From the NCBI GenBank assembly GCA_963826785.1, contig CAWGYD010000006.1, positions 1,056,712 to 1,120,711 on the forward strand: a stretch of 64,000 nucleotides of DNA, read 5' to 3'. The notes under the pieces were generated by a model. It worked only from the letters and a program-made list of their open reading frames with translations, ran no database searches and was not told the DNA's origin. Origin of the DNA: an uncultured delta proteobacterium (lineage in GTDB: Bacteria > Desulfobacterota > Desulfobacteria > Desulfobacterales > Desulfosalsimonadaceae). A program made the position numbers and the translations under genes. Shown piece by piece: positions 1-9,563 of this stretch (its first letter is position 1; each line of letters begins with the position of its first letter).

Positions 1-623
1 ACAATGTTTTCCACCATGTCGTGCTCGCCGCCGGAGATGAAGATTTTGGTGCCGGTGATGGAATAGGTGCCGTCATCGTTTTTCACTGCGGTCGATTCCA
101 GCGCGCCCACATCCGATCCGGCGTTGGCTTCGGTCAGCAGCATGGTTCCGGCCCATTCGCCGCTGTAGATCTTTTTCAGAAACAGCTTTTTCTGATGATC
201 GGTGCCCAGGATCTCGATCATCTTGGCCGCCCCGTGGGTCAGGCCGTGGTAGAGCATGAAGGCGGGGTTGGCGCCGAAAAAATATTCATTTGCCGCAAGC
301 GACACGGTCTTGGGCATGCCCTGGCCGCCCCACTCGGGATCATCGATCATGGCCAGCCATTCTCCATCCCGGTAGACCTTGAACACCTTGTGGTACTCTT
401 CCGGGACCCGCACCGTGCCGTTGTCGAATTCGCACCCCTTGTCGCTCAGGGCCTGGGTGGGCAGGATTTCCTTGATGGCCAGGTTGCGTGCTTCGGATAC
501 GATCATATCCACGGTTTTTTTATTGAATTCGGCAAACTTTTCATGCTTTGCCAGTTCTTCCACCTTCAATTGTTCATGCAGAACAAAATCAACGTCCCGC
601 CGGTCAGCGATCAGATGTGCCAT
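1..623 (-). CDS. Acyl-CoA dehydrogenase, N-terminal part (runs off the left edge of the window)
   Basis: Manual translation of the minus strand from ATG at 623: MAHLIADRRDVDFVLHEQLKVEELAKHEKFAEFNKKTVDMIVSEARNLAIKEILP, later GTMLLTEANAGSDVG; AAGGAG RBS upstream. Absent from the ORF track because it has no stop in the window. Confidence 0.88.
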   Translation of the reverse strand, partial: MAHLIADRRDVDFVLHEQLKVEELAKHEKFAEFNKKTVDMIVSEARNLAIKEILPTQALSDKGCEFDNGTVRVPEEYHKVFKVYRDGEWLAMIDDPEWGGQGMPKTVSLAANEYFFGANPAFMLYHGLTHGAAKMIEILGTDHQKKLFLKKIYSGEWAGTMLLTEANAGSDVGALESTAVKNDDGTYSITGTKIFISGGEHDMVENI

Positions 624-870
624 AATGATCTTTCTCCTTTTTCAAGATAAAATATAATCAACGAATGTGTGCGATGGTTTCAGGTGTCCGATATGCTGGC
701 CAAATGTTTAGAATAATCGTTGTTTAAAGTCAAGGCTATTGGCGGGGCGGGGGACGGCTGATAAGGGCTTTAAAATAAAAAATTTCTCCCGCCGGGGTAC
801 CGCGATGGACTGCCGGATCATCGAAATGAATGCGCCCGGCGCCCCGGCGGGAGAATATAACGGGTTTTGG

Positions 871-1725
871 CTACTTTTTCAGCCAGCCGCCGACTTCCTC
901 GGACTGATACTGGTCCTGCTGTACACCCAGCTTGACATTGATGACCAGCCCTTTGTGCTTCTGGGTTTCAGGCGTCTGGTTCAGCTTGTCGTGAAGTTCA
1001 CGGGAAGCGCCGGCCAGTTTGAGCATGTGACTCAATGCGGGTTCAAGCATTGCCGATGTTTCGATCCGGCCGGCTTCCAGCCGGGGGGATAGGCCGTTTT
1101 CAGCCACATTTTCAGCCATATGGGCAAGTTGCTTCATCTGGGTCATGGAAAAATCCATGATCTGCCATCCCTTCATATCGTCTTTCTGGAATACCCAGGC
1201 ATCCCGGATGCTCTGCAGGGTCTGGGTGTACTTGAAGGCCACAATCTGCTGAAGCTGCTCGACAAAATTTTCCGGCAGTTCATTTTCTTCTCCGGGCAGC
1301 CCGGATGCCTGTTCCGGGGTGAGCTTGTCCAGGGTTTTCTGAAATTTGCGGGCATGGATTTCCGATTCCCAGGATTCGCGCTGAAGCACCCGCCGGATAT
1401 GCGGGTCCGATACCTTTTCCGCCTCTTCAAGATAATGGGGAATCAGGTTCTGTTCATAAGCCACATAGGATTTGAAGATGGATTCCCGGCTGGTGGGGTC
1501 AAAGGGGTAAGGGGCCGGAGTGAAGTCGATCTCTCCGCCCAGGGATCCGATGACCATGCCCAGCCAGTGCATGTGCCACATTTCTTCCCGGGCCCGGGAA
1601 AGGAGGCCGGCGCCCAGTGGGGTATCTTCGCCTTCCAGGTAGCTGTGGGCCAAATATCGAAGAATAGCGGCGTGTTCATCCGCCAGGTCGCGGTTTAACA
1701 TATCGATGAGCTGCTGTTGTTCCAT
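871..1725 (-). CDS. Tandem ferritin/bacterioferritin-like domain protein
   Basis: LIDMLNRDLADEHAAILRY, REEMWH, YEQNL and WESEIH di-iron-type motifs in the N-half; second helical repeat in the C-half. Start placed at MEQQQ after a GAGGAGG RBS. Confidence 0.75.
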   Translation of the reverse strand: MEQQQLIDMLNRDLADEHAAILRYLAHSYLEGEDTPLGAGLLSRAREEMWHMHWLGMVIGSLGGEIDFTPAPYPFDPTSRESIFKSYVAYEQNLIPHYLEEAEKVSDPHIRRVLQRESWESEIHARKFQKTLDKLTPEQASGLPGEENELPENFVEQLQQIVAFKYTQTLQSIRDAWVFQKDDMKGWQIMDFSMTQMKQLAHMAENVAENGLSPRLEAGRIETSAMLEPALSHMLKLAGASRELHDKLNQTPETQKHKGLVINVKLGVQQDQYQSEEVGGWLKK

Positions 1726-1854
1726 TTTCCCCTCCTCTTTCAGGTATCTTGGCAATTCAATCCAAACAGTAATTCCGGTTCAAGTTCAGGCAAAATAAAA
1801 ACGCCGGAAACCACATGGTGATTATCCGGCGCAATTGGAAAATTAAAAATAAGG

Positions 1855-2532
1855 TCAGGGGGATACGACTGCTTTCGTAAAATCCACCCAGTATCCTTTG
1901 TTGGCTCCGTCCAGGGACAGGGAGAAGGCAAAGGAAGAACCCGACCCGTCACCATTCGGGTCAGCGGTAATCGTCCTGTATCCCAGGTCCATGCCGTGCC
2001 CGTTGTACTCCGGTGTGTTGTCATTGGAATCGTCGATGGTTCCGCTGAAGCTGTTGAAAGTGGCGGTAATGGGTCCACTGACCTGATCCGCCCCGAAGGT
2101 GATCGATTTTAACACCCGGTTTGCCGGGTCATCGATGTTTTCAAAAACGGCCTTCATGAAAAACCCTTCGGCATGCAGGTCTTCATCGGGATTGTTCAGG
2201 TTTCCACCGATCTGGATGCCCGTCCAGTCCTCATCCCATCCAAAGGAAGAAGGGATTGGATCCTTATAGTTGTATTCGTCATGATACCCCATTTTTAGCG
2301 AATCGATGGTGGTATAGGTGTCCGCGTAGATATTGAACCAGGCATTGGTCTGGGTCAGTCCGCCGCCCAGATCTTCGATGGTAAAATTTGAAAACCCTTC
2401 CGCGTATATTGCCGAAAGCTCACTGTCGTCCATTGTTTGAAGTTCGGCCGAGGCGATCCCGGGGATGAGCAACATGCAAATGGTGGCGGCGATTACGGCT
2501 GCCATGTTCCTGCTGGTCATATCATACTCCAT
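1855..2532 (-). CDS. Secreted protein, DUF6160/FilA-like N-terminus
   Basis: Signal peptide ending ASA, followed by ELQTMDDSELSAIYAEG; acidic, beta-rich mature region. Confidence 0.55.
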   Translation of the reverse strand: MEYDMTSRNMAAVIAATICMLLIPGIASAELQTMDDSELSAIYAEGFSNFTIEDLGGGLTQTNAWFNIYADTYTTIDSLKMGYHDEYNYKDPIPSSFGWDEDWTGIQIGGNLNNPDEDLHAEGFFMKAVFENIDDPANRVLKSITFGADQVSGPITATFNSFSGTIDDSNDNTPEYNGHGMDLGYRTITADPNGDGSGSSFAFSLSLDGANKGYWVDFTKAVVSP

Positions 2533-2691
2533 GCAAAAATAAGTGCTTTACGGTGTTTCCGGCCCTGAACAATGTTCAGGCGCCATTAAGCACGCCTTTG
2601 ATTTTCATTTACTGATAATATCATCAAAACAGGCTGTCAAGTCAATAGAAATTAAAAATCAAAAATTCAATGGGATGAGATCGTAAAAAAC

Positions 2692-2720
2692 TTGCCCGTG
2701 CGCATGTGAAGGGATAAGAT
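2692..2720 (+). promoter_or_regulatory. Putative sigma70 promoter of nadK
   Basis: TTGCCC-17 nt-TAAGAT about 30 nt upstream of the start codon. Confidence 0.45.
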
Positions 2721-2749
2721 GCCATTAAAAACGATGGAAAGGAAATTGG

Positions 2750-3622
2750 GTGGTGACTGCCAGGAACAGACGCATCGGCCTCTATATCAAGCAGGATCCG
2801 GAAGCGCTGGAGAAAGCGGAAGAATTTGCGGGCTGGCTGGGAGAAAAGGGCATCGAGGTGGTTCGGATGCAGTCCTATTCCCCGGAAACCGAGCAGCAGG
2901 CCGGCATCAGCCAGTATGAGGCCGCCCCGCCGGATCTTTTCTGCGTTTTCGTGCTGGGCGGGGACGGGACCTTTCTAAGCGCCTCCCGCTGGATCGGCAA
3001 AAATCCCATCCCCATCATCGGGGTGAAATTCGGCCAGATCGGATTTCTGGCGGAAACCGCCGTGGAGGATCTGTTTTCGATGGCCGGGAAGATTCTGGAA
3101 AATGACTTTTCCGTGGAAAATCGATTCCGGCTCCAGGTCGAAGTCATGCGGAAAGACGAGCGCGTCACCACGGAGACGGTGCTCAACGAGGTGGTGATCA
3201 ACAAGGGAGCGCTGGCCCGGCTGGCCCAGATCGAAACCTACATCGATGACCACCACCTGACCACCTATAAAAGCGACGGCCTGATCGTGGCCACGCCCAC
3301 CGGTTCCACCGCCTATTCCCTGGCCGCCGGCGGGCCGGTGATCCATCCGGAAGTGCAGGGGATCATCATCACCCCCATCTGCCCCTTTGCCCTGACCAAC
3401 CGGCCCATGATCATCCCCAATACCGCCCGCATCACCATCAAACTCGGGGAAAAGGCTTCCGATATCTTCGTGACCTTCGACGGCCAGGAGGGATTCGAGA
3501 TCGATCCGGACCATACCATCGTCATCACCCGAAGCCCGCACCCCGTCATGATGATTTCCCAGCCGGATAAATCCTATTTCGATGTGCTGAAAGCAAAACT
3601 CAGGTGGAGCGGCCGCTTCTGA
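2750..3622 (+). CDS. nadK: NAD(+) kinase
   Basis: GGDGTFL, LNEVVI, DGLIVATPTGSTAYSLAAGGP motifs. Confidence 0.96.
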   Translation: MVTARNRRIGLYIKQDPEALEKAEEFAGWLGEKGIEVVRMQSYSPETEQQAGISQYEAAPPDLFCVFVLGGDGTFLSASRWIGKNPIPIIGVKFGQIGFLAETAVEDLFSMAGKILENDFSVENRFRLQVEVMRKDERVTTETVLNEVVINKGALARLAQIETYIDDHHLTTYKSDGLIVATPTGSTAYSLAAGGPVIHPEVQGIIITPICPFALTNRPMIIPNTARITIKLGEKASDIFVTFDGQEGFEIDPDHTIVITRSPHPVMMISQPDKSYFDVLKAKLRWSGRF

Positions 3623-3644
3623 TATTTCAATCAGGGCAACTGTA

Positions 3645-4769
3645 TCAGGTTCCCTTAGGTGGAAGCATCAAAGCCGCCCCCAGTTTTTTCAGCCGGATGT
3701 CCGTCACCCGTGAGGCAATCCTGGCGGCTGCGGCAATATCGGCATTCATTTGTTTAATTTCGGGATTCTGGCGGATCTGACGGGTTTCCAGCAGTGCATC
3801 GAGCCGATCCTGAAATTCCTGTACCAGTTTTCGGAAGGACAGGGTCGCTGCGACCACTTCAGTTTCCCCGTCCTGTTCAATCCGCTCCGCCGCAGACAAG
3901 GCAATGAGTTTTAAGACACCAACATCGGCGCACATCCGTCCAAGCGCCAGCAGCAGTTCGTCATCGGCCCCGGTTTGCCGGGTGCGGATGTCGCGGGCAA
4001 GGGCCTGTACCTGAAAAGCCGATGCCCCGGCGAATATCCCCGCCATCAGGGTGTCTTCAATGGTTCTGAGCGGCAGCACCATGGTTTCAAAGGCGCTCCC
4101 CATTTCCCCGAGCACCTGGCCCGGGCCGGCCGGGCATTCTTCCAGCGAGATTTCCCCGTGGGGGCAGGGCCTCAGAAAGGGCAGTTCCATGGGATCGGCG
4201 ACAGTCAGCCCCGGTGTTTCCCGGGGGATCAGAAAAGCGGTAAACCGCTTCCGGCCGGGGTCGGTCTTTGTCACCGCGATCACGATGAACAGGTCGGCCA
4301 TGGGGCCGTTGGTGAGATAGGTCTTGGTGCCGGACAGCCGGTACCCGTCATCATCTGGGCGGGCGAAGGTGGACAGGTGCTTGGGATGCGCTCCGGTTTC
4401 CGGCTCGGAAACGGCAAAGCATGCGGTCATTTTACCGGAGGCCAGTTCCGGCAGCCAGGCCCTTTTCTGGTCCGGCGTGCCGAACTTGCCGATAAACCAG
4501 CGGGCCACCAGTTCATGCATCATAAACGACAGGGCGATTCCCAGGTTGCCGCCGTGTTCGGCCAGTGCCATGCCGGCTGTGGAAATATCCCTGCTGTTTC
4601 CCCCTTTGCCGCCGTATGCCGGATCGATGCCCATACCGAACAAACCGCTTTTTGCCATCTGCTCCCGCAACCCCGGTGGAAACTCGATAAGGTCGTGCAG
4701 CCGCTCCCGCCCGGCAATGTGCTCGGCGGCAAACCGCGCATGTGCATTCAACACGTCATTTTTTGCCAT
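3645..4769 (-). CDS. Acyl-CoA dehydrogenase family protein
   Basis: FGTPDQKRAWLPELASGK, CFAVSEPETG, LSGTKTYLTNGPMAD motifs. Confidence 0.88.
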   Translation of the reverse strand: MAKNDVLNAHARFAAEHIAGRERLHDLIEFPPGLREQMAKSGLFGMGIDPAYGGKGGNSRDISTAGMALAEHGGNLGIALSFMMHELVARWFIGKFGTPDQKRAWLPELASGKMTACFAVSEPETGAHPKHLSTFARPDDDGYRLSGTKTYLTNGPMADLFIVIAVTKTDPGRKRFTAFLIPRETPGLTVADPMELPFLRPCPHGEISLEECPAGPGQVLGEMGSAFETMVLPLRTIEDTLMAGIFAGASAFQVQALARDIRTRQTGADDELLLALGRMCADVGVLKLIALSAAERIEQDGETEVVAATLSFRKLVQEFQDRLDALLETRQIRQNPEIKQMNADIAAAARIASRVTDIRLKKLGAALMLPPKGT

Positions 4770-4880
4770 TTATCCGTCCTGTTGGAAAAAGGGGATCAGC
4801 CAGGTTTGTTTTTTCTGAATTATTTCCCCATAATTTATAGCAGATCGATTCGATTTTAAAAGTTTGAAATGGAGGCGGGT

Positions 4881-5753
4881 ATGGCTGCAGTGAGGCGCAA
4901 AGAAGTCGCCCTGGAACAAAACAGGCTCTCTTTGTTAACGGCGGGGCCGGAAACCGGCCTGCCGGTGGTGCTGATTCACGGAATTCCGGCCGGTGCCGAA
5001 TTGTGGCGGGATGTGATCTCCCGGCTGGGGGATGCGGGATTTCTGGCCATGGCGCCGGACCTTCCGGGTTACGGTGAAACTCGGATTGCAGACGGCGGGG
5101 ACTATTCCCTTGCCGGTGCCGCCGCCCTGCTCGCCGCATGGCTGGACGCGCAGGAAATCAGGCCCGTGTGGCTCATCTCCCATGACATCGGCGGGGGAGT
5201 GGCCGAAATCCTTTCCGTGCATCACCCGTCCCGGGTTTCCCATCTGACCTTTTCCAATGCCATCGTGGGGGATTCCTGGCCGGTCACCCCCATTAAACTG
5301 TTTCGCCTGATTGCCGGCATGGGCGCCTACAATCCCCTGGCGGCCAGCGGCTGGCTGCGGGTCGATCCGTATTTCAAGTGGCAGCTCAAAAAGACGCTGG
5401 CCCATCCGGAAAAGCTCAAGGAAAAGGATTTCCTGCCGCGCATATTCTTCGATACCAAAATGACCGATCCGGCCGGGCGCGCCGCCTTTGTGCGCCATCT
5501 GGGCGCCTTGTCCAACGCCCAGACGCTGGCCGTTGAACCCGAACTGAAGCAGCTGACCCTGCCCACCCTGCTCCTGTGGGGCATGAAAGATCCGTTTCAG
5601 TCTTGGACAGGCCCGGGCAAGCGCCTGGCCGCCCATTTCAACCACGCCCATGTGAAGCTGCTGGAAGATGCCGGACATTTCCTGATGCTGGACGATCCTG
5701 AAACCTATGCCGCGGCCCTGATCGACTGGTATGGAGAAACGGTGGCCGGGTAG
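4881..5753 (+). CDS. Alpha/beta-fold hydrolase (epoxide hydrolase/dehalogenase-like)
   Basis: LIHGIP, PDLPGYG, SHDIGG nucleophile elbow (Asp), AGHF catalytic His; GGAGG RBS. Confidence 0.88.
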   Translation: MAAVRRKEVALEQNRLSLLTAGPETGLPVVLIHGIPAGAELWRDVISRLGDAGFLAMAPDLPGYGETRIADGGDYSLAGAAALLAAWLDAQEIRPVWLISHDIGGGVAEILSVHHPSRVSHLTFSNAIVGDSWPVTPIKLFRLIAGMGAYNPLAASGWLRVDPYFKWQLKKTLAHPEKLKEKDFLPRIFFDTKMTDPAGRAAFVRHLGALSNAQTLAVEPELKQLTLPTLLLWGMKDPFQSWTGPGKRLAAHFNHAHVKLLEDAGHFLMLDDPETYAAALIDWYGETVAG

Positions 5754-5781
5754 CACAAGAGATGTTCTTTTCACGCCGCTT

Positions 5782-7204
5782 CTACGGGAGGGCCGCCATC
5801 ACCTCGCTGACAAACTTCTCATCGTCCCAGGCCCCCCGGTCGGAGCAGTTGCCCAGCCGCACCAGCACCAGCTTCTCGGAAGGAATGATCATCACCCGTT
5901 GCTCCTGGAATCCCTCCGCGGAAAACGCATCCCGGGGAATAGCCGGCCGGCGCCGGCTCCGGGGATCGCTCGAGGTGCCCGCATTGAGCCAGAACAGCGC
6001 GCCGTATTCGCCCTGGGGCGCCGGCGGCGTGGGGGTGGTGGTATATTTCACCCATCCTTCCGGCAGCACCCGCTCCCGACTCCACATGCCGTCATTCAAA
6101 TAGAGCAGTCCGAACCGTGCCCAGTCCCGCGGGGTGGCAAACACATAGGAGGAACCCACGATGGTGCCCGGATGGGTCGGGCTCGAATACGGCCGAATGC
6201 ATCCCGATCCGGTCGAACAGCGCGCTTTTCATGAACTGATAATAATGTTCATATTCCGTCTCGGCGGCGGACCGGACAATGCGCGAGATGATGTTGGCGG
6301 TGCCGCTGGAATAATTAAACCGGGTCCCCGGTTCGGCGGCAAGCGGTTTTTTCGCTGCATAGGCGGCGAAATCGTAGCTGTCGTAAAACATCTCCACCGC
6401 ATCTGAAAACGGCTCATAGGCTTCTTCAAATTCAAGCCCGCTGCTCATCCGCATCAGCTGGTCCAGGGTAATCAACCGCCGTGGGTCATCGGGATTTTGC
6501 CATTCCGGGACCGGGGCCGGAGCGTACAGATCGAGTTTTCCCTGCCGGACCAGGATGCCCACCAGCGCATTGACCACGCTTTTGCTCATGGACCAACCCA
6601 GCAGGGGGGTGTCCGGGGTGATTCCCGGGGCATATCGCTCCGCAATCAGCTTGCCGTCATAGACGATCACCACCGCCCGGGTTTTCCTGGGATGGTCGGG
6701 TCCGGTCTCCGCGAAGGCATTATCCAAGGCGGCATCGAGCCTGGCTTTATCCACACCGGCCGGAAGTTTCTCCGCCGCACCCGCATTTCCTGCTGGCCAG
6801 AAAAGGGCAGCCGGGTCAATTTTTGATGCTTTTTCGCCATTTGTCTTCATGAATTGCTGCTGCCGCAGCGCGGCCTCGGTGGTGCCCTGGACAACGGTGC
6901 ACCCGCAGCCTTTGCGGTAAATGGCGGTGGTGCCGACGATCCCCAGGGCCGTGGCGGTGACGCTTTTTTGCTTCATGTCCACCGAATAGCCGGTGAGCGC
7001 AAAGAGCGGGTGAACCGGGGCAATATCTTCCGAAAACACTTTGGCCGCCGGCCGGCCGGCTATAAACACATTGGAGCACAAGGTCTTGGCCACATGCCCG
7101 GTGCCGATGGGCAGGGTATTGGACAGGTACCAGGCGACTACAGCCGAAAGCAGCAATACGGCCCCGGCAAGGATTGTAAGAACATATTTGCGCCGCGTTG
7201 ACAT
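5782..7204 (-). CDS. Serine hydrolase (class C beta-lactamase-like), split by one apparent frameshift near 6167-6169
   Basis: SMSK (SxxK) and FNYSS motifs in ORF 6092-7207; continues as GSSYVFATPRDWARFG in ORF 5782-6159. Removing one base in a GGG run restores EPDPSGTIVGSS. Confidence 0.85.
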
Positions 7205-7288
7205 CACATGATTCCTTGATTACACCATCCATGATGGAGATGCGCGTTAAGCTTTTTTTCCCAATAGTTTTGCGATAAAAAATGCTTG

Positions 7289-7744
7289 TTACGATTTTGC
7301 CAGCTTTGATTGTAAAAAAGAGGCCAACCCTTCCGCATCATCGGTCCCCACAAGAACGCGCTTTTTGCCCATCTCGATCCATACGCATTCAAAACCGCCG
7401 ATATTCCAGAGCCACCCCTTCCGGGTCAGGTGGATGCCCCACCCGGAAAGCAAATGCGTGCGCCCCTTTCCGACGGCGGTGATTTTCGCATAGGGGATTG
7501 ATTTTTTGAAAAGCGGAATCGGCCCGAACCGGACCAGGAGATGGTCGCCTTCATCACGGACGGCCAGGTGGCCGAATATGAAGGACAAAACCATGCAGCC
7601 GATGGCGGCGGCCGTGAATACGGTCATGTGCGGCGTACCCCGGGTAAAAAATGCACTGCCCAGGAAAACCGCCGCCAGGGCAAGGAAAATCGGCCGGATG
7701 ATTCCTTTCTGAATGTGGCTGTACTCGGTCCCGGTCTGTTTCAT
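7289..7744 (-). CDS. Hypothetical membrane protein (2 TM plus PH-like soluble domain)
   Basis: Two hydrophobic helices, then GWGIH...WLWNIGG...VGTDD. Confidence 0.65.
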   Translation of the reverse strand: MKQTGTEYSHIQKGIIRPIFLALAAVFLGSAFFTRGTPHMTVFTAAAIGCMVLSFIFGHLAVRDEGDHLLVRFGPIPLFKKSIPYAKITAVGKGRTHLLSGWGIHLTRKGWLWNIGGFECVWIEMGKKRVLVGTDDAEGLASFLQSKLAKS

Positions 7745-7780
7745 GACGGGCTGGCACCTCATCGAAACCCGTTTGGAATG

Positions 7781-8173
7781 TTATTTGAATCCCCGCACCC
7801 TGGCGGCCAACGCCGGGGCAAACAGCATGAACAGCAGGCCAAATCCCATAAAGCCGCCCTCGGCCGGGTTGTAGTCGGAAAGGATGCGCTCCGGCGCATA
7901 CCCGAGGGCCGCCCCCAGGCCAAACTCAAAGATGACGATCAACACCACCCACAAAAGCCCCACCCTGAGCTGCTCCCCGAATGTTTTGGCCCCGATCCAG
8001 CGGATGCAGGCCCAGGCAATGACAAAAATAATGGCTGATCCGATGAGTACACCCACCTGACGCGCCGGCTTGTCACCGACCACGGGTGCAATGAACAGCT
8101 GCCGGATGGTCCCATGAACCGATTCGGCCGCGATGATGAACAGCCATGCGGCAAATGCCTTTGGCCAACTCAT
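7781..8173 (-). CDS. Hypothetical 4-TM membrane protein
   Basis: 130 aa hydrophobic ORF, co-directional with its neighbours. Confidence 0.7.
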   Translation of the reverse strand: MSWPKAFAAWLFIIAAESVHGTIRQLFIAPVVGDKPARQVGVLIGSAIIFVIAWACIRWIGAKTFGEQLRVGLLWVVLIVIFEFGLGAALGYAPERILSDYNPAEGGFMGFGLLFMLFAPALAARVRGFK

Positions 8174-8214
8174 GGGTGACTTCCTGGAGCCAAGGGGTTG
8201 ACTATCCGATATAA

Positions 8215-8502
8215 TTATTTACCGCAGCATTTTTTATGCTTTTTGCCGCTGCCGCACGGACAGGGATCGTTGCGCCCCACGCTTTTTTCCGCAGTCTTTG
8301 TTTTTTGCGGATTGCGCAGAATGTCTAAATCCGTAATGTCTTCGGGTTTATCCGGTTCCAGTTTGATCTCATATTTCCAGCCGTTTTCTTTAAATGCAGC
8401 TTCAAGTTCCCTGACCCGTTCTTCCGTCTGCACGTTGACGACGGCAGGGTTTTTTGCAGTGCCCAGTTTGGCGCTTTTCTTGCCGTCAAATACTTTTTCC
8501 AT
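8215..8502 (-). CDS. SEC-C motif protein (PBPRA1643-like family)
   Basis: [19 protein letters not shown]-terminus; C-terminal [19 protein letters not shown]. Confidence 0.85.
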   Translation of the reverse strand: MEKVFDGKKSAKLGTAKNPAVVNVQTEERVRELEAAFKENGWKYEIKLEPDKPEDITDLDILRNPQKTKTAEKSVGRNDPCPCGSGKKHKKCCGK

Positions 8503-8597
8503 ATTTTCACCTGTATTGTGAGATGATGATCCATTCAAACCCATGTTATTCCTGCTGCCGCTGACGCTTCTGCGGTGCGGCAAAAGGTTTGCTCGGG

Positions 8598-9113
8598 TTA
8601 TTTCTGCTTTACCCAGATTAACGCTTCAGTTTTATACCCCAGTGCCTTTGCGCTTTTTTGAAATTTTTCTTTCAGCTCATCACTGACAGTCGGAGTGCGC
8701 GACAAAAGCCAGAGATACGATTTGTTCGGCCCCGAAACAAAAGCATACTGATAATTATTTTTATCTAATTCAAATATTACATATGAACCATAGAAAGGGC
8801 CGAAAAAAGAGACCTTCAAGTAGCCTTCATCGGGTTCGCGAACAAAATATGCCTTACCGACAACTTCCTTCCACTTGTTCTCTTTAACGGAAAATCCACG
8901 ATTCTTCACCCGCACGCCGCCATCTTCACGAATCGAATACTCCGCCGATACCTGTTCAAGATTTCGCTCAAATGAATGGTCCAATCTTGCAATCTCGTAC
9001 CATTTGCCCAGGTATTTTTCGAGCTCAAATCCTTTAACCGGCTCAATGTTTTTGGGGTATCCCAGACATCCGGCCAAAAGCAACGATACCATACAAACAA
9101 TTCGTTTCTTCAT
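8598..9113 (-). CDS. blc: Outer-membrane lipoprotein lipocalin (Blc family)
   Basis: Lipobox [52 protein letters not shown] before ATG at 9113. Confidence 0.92.
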   Translation of the reverse strand: MKKRIVCMVSLLLAGCLGYPKNIEPVKGFELEKYLGKWYEIARLDHSFERNLEQVSAEYSIREDGGVRVKNRGFSVKENKWKEVVGKAYFVREPDEGYLKVSFFGPFYGSYVIFELDKNNYQYAFVSGPNKSYLWLLSRTPTVSDELKEKFQKSAKALGYKTEALIWVKQK

Positions 9114-9128
9114 GTTGTTTTCCCCGAG

Positions 9129-9207
9129 GCTGAACGCCGTGCTCTCCTGCCGGGGGGCGTGATGCGAAGCGGCGCAAACCCCGTTCAGGAGAAGCTGCTG
9201 GTTAGAT
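9129..9207 (-). mobile_element. Integron attC-like recombination site (solitary)
   Basis: Minus strand: ATCTAAC (R'') - 5 nt - GCTTCTCC (L'') TGAACGGGG ... CCCCGGCA GGAGAGC (L') - 5 nt - GTTCAGC (R'); imperfect 79 bp hairpin with two extrahelical bases. Confidence 0.72.
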
Positions 9208-9563
9208 GTCCCTTCTATCTCCTTGTCTGGTGCAACTGCCGGTGGACAGGAAAGAGAATGGCCCTCGATATCGCATTTCCGGACATGCCTTCGCATGAGC
9301 AAATTTTGAGCGCCGCTTCCATTCACCTTAACTAAAATTTCCATAAATTCAAAGCGGTATTCATGATGGCGTGGATTTTTGAAGTTGTTTTTGCCCGGTT
9401 CATCAATTTTTCGGCATTGGCAGATTTCAAAGGCGTTGGGTGAATCCGTGCCATTCGGGTGGAAGGGTAATTGGACCGGTACGCGGGTTTTTGTGTTATA
9501 TTTGCGACGGTTTCCGGAGGTGAACGGGGGCTGCATGATTCTACTATGGGGCATGTCTGCCTT

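Noticed and set aside
21..650. 209-aa plus-strand ORF and other long antisense ORFs (e.g. 13946-15415, 36996-38162, 43426-44517, 54940-56328)
   Set aside because: They are shadows of well-supported genes on the opposite strand, expected in GC-rich coding DNA, and show no recognisable motifs.
9114..9554. 147-aa N-terminal extension of the lipocalin in the 318-aa ORF
   Set aside because: The lipoprotein signal and RBS place the start at 9113; the extension reads through the attC and intergenic DNA.
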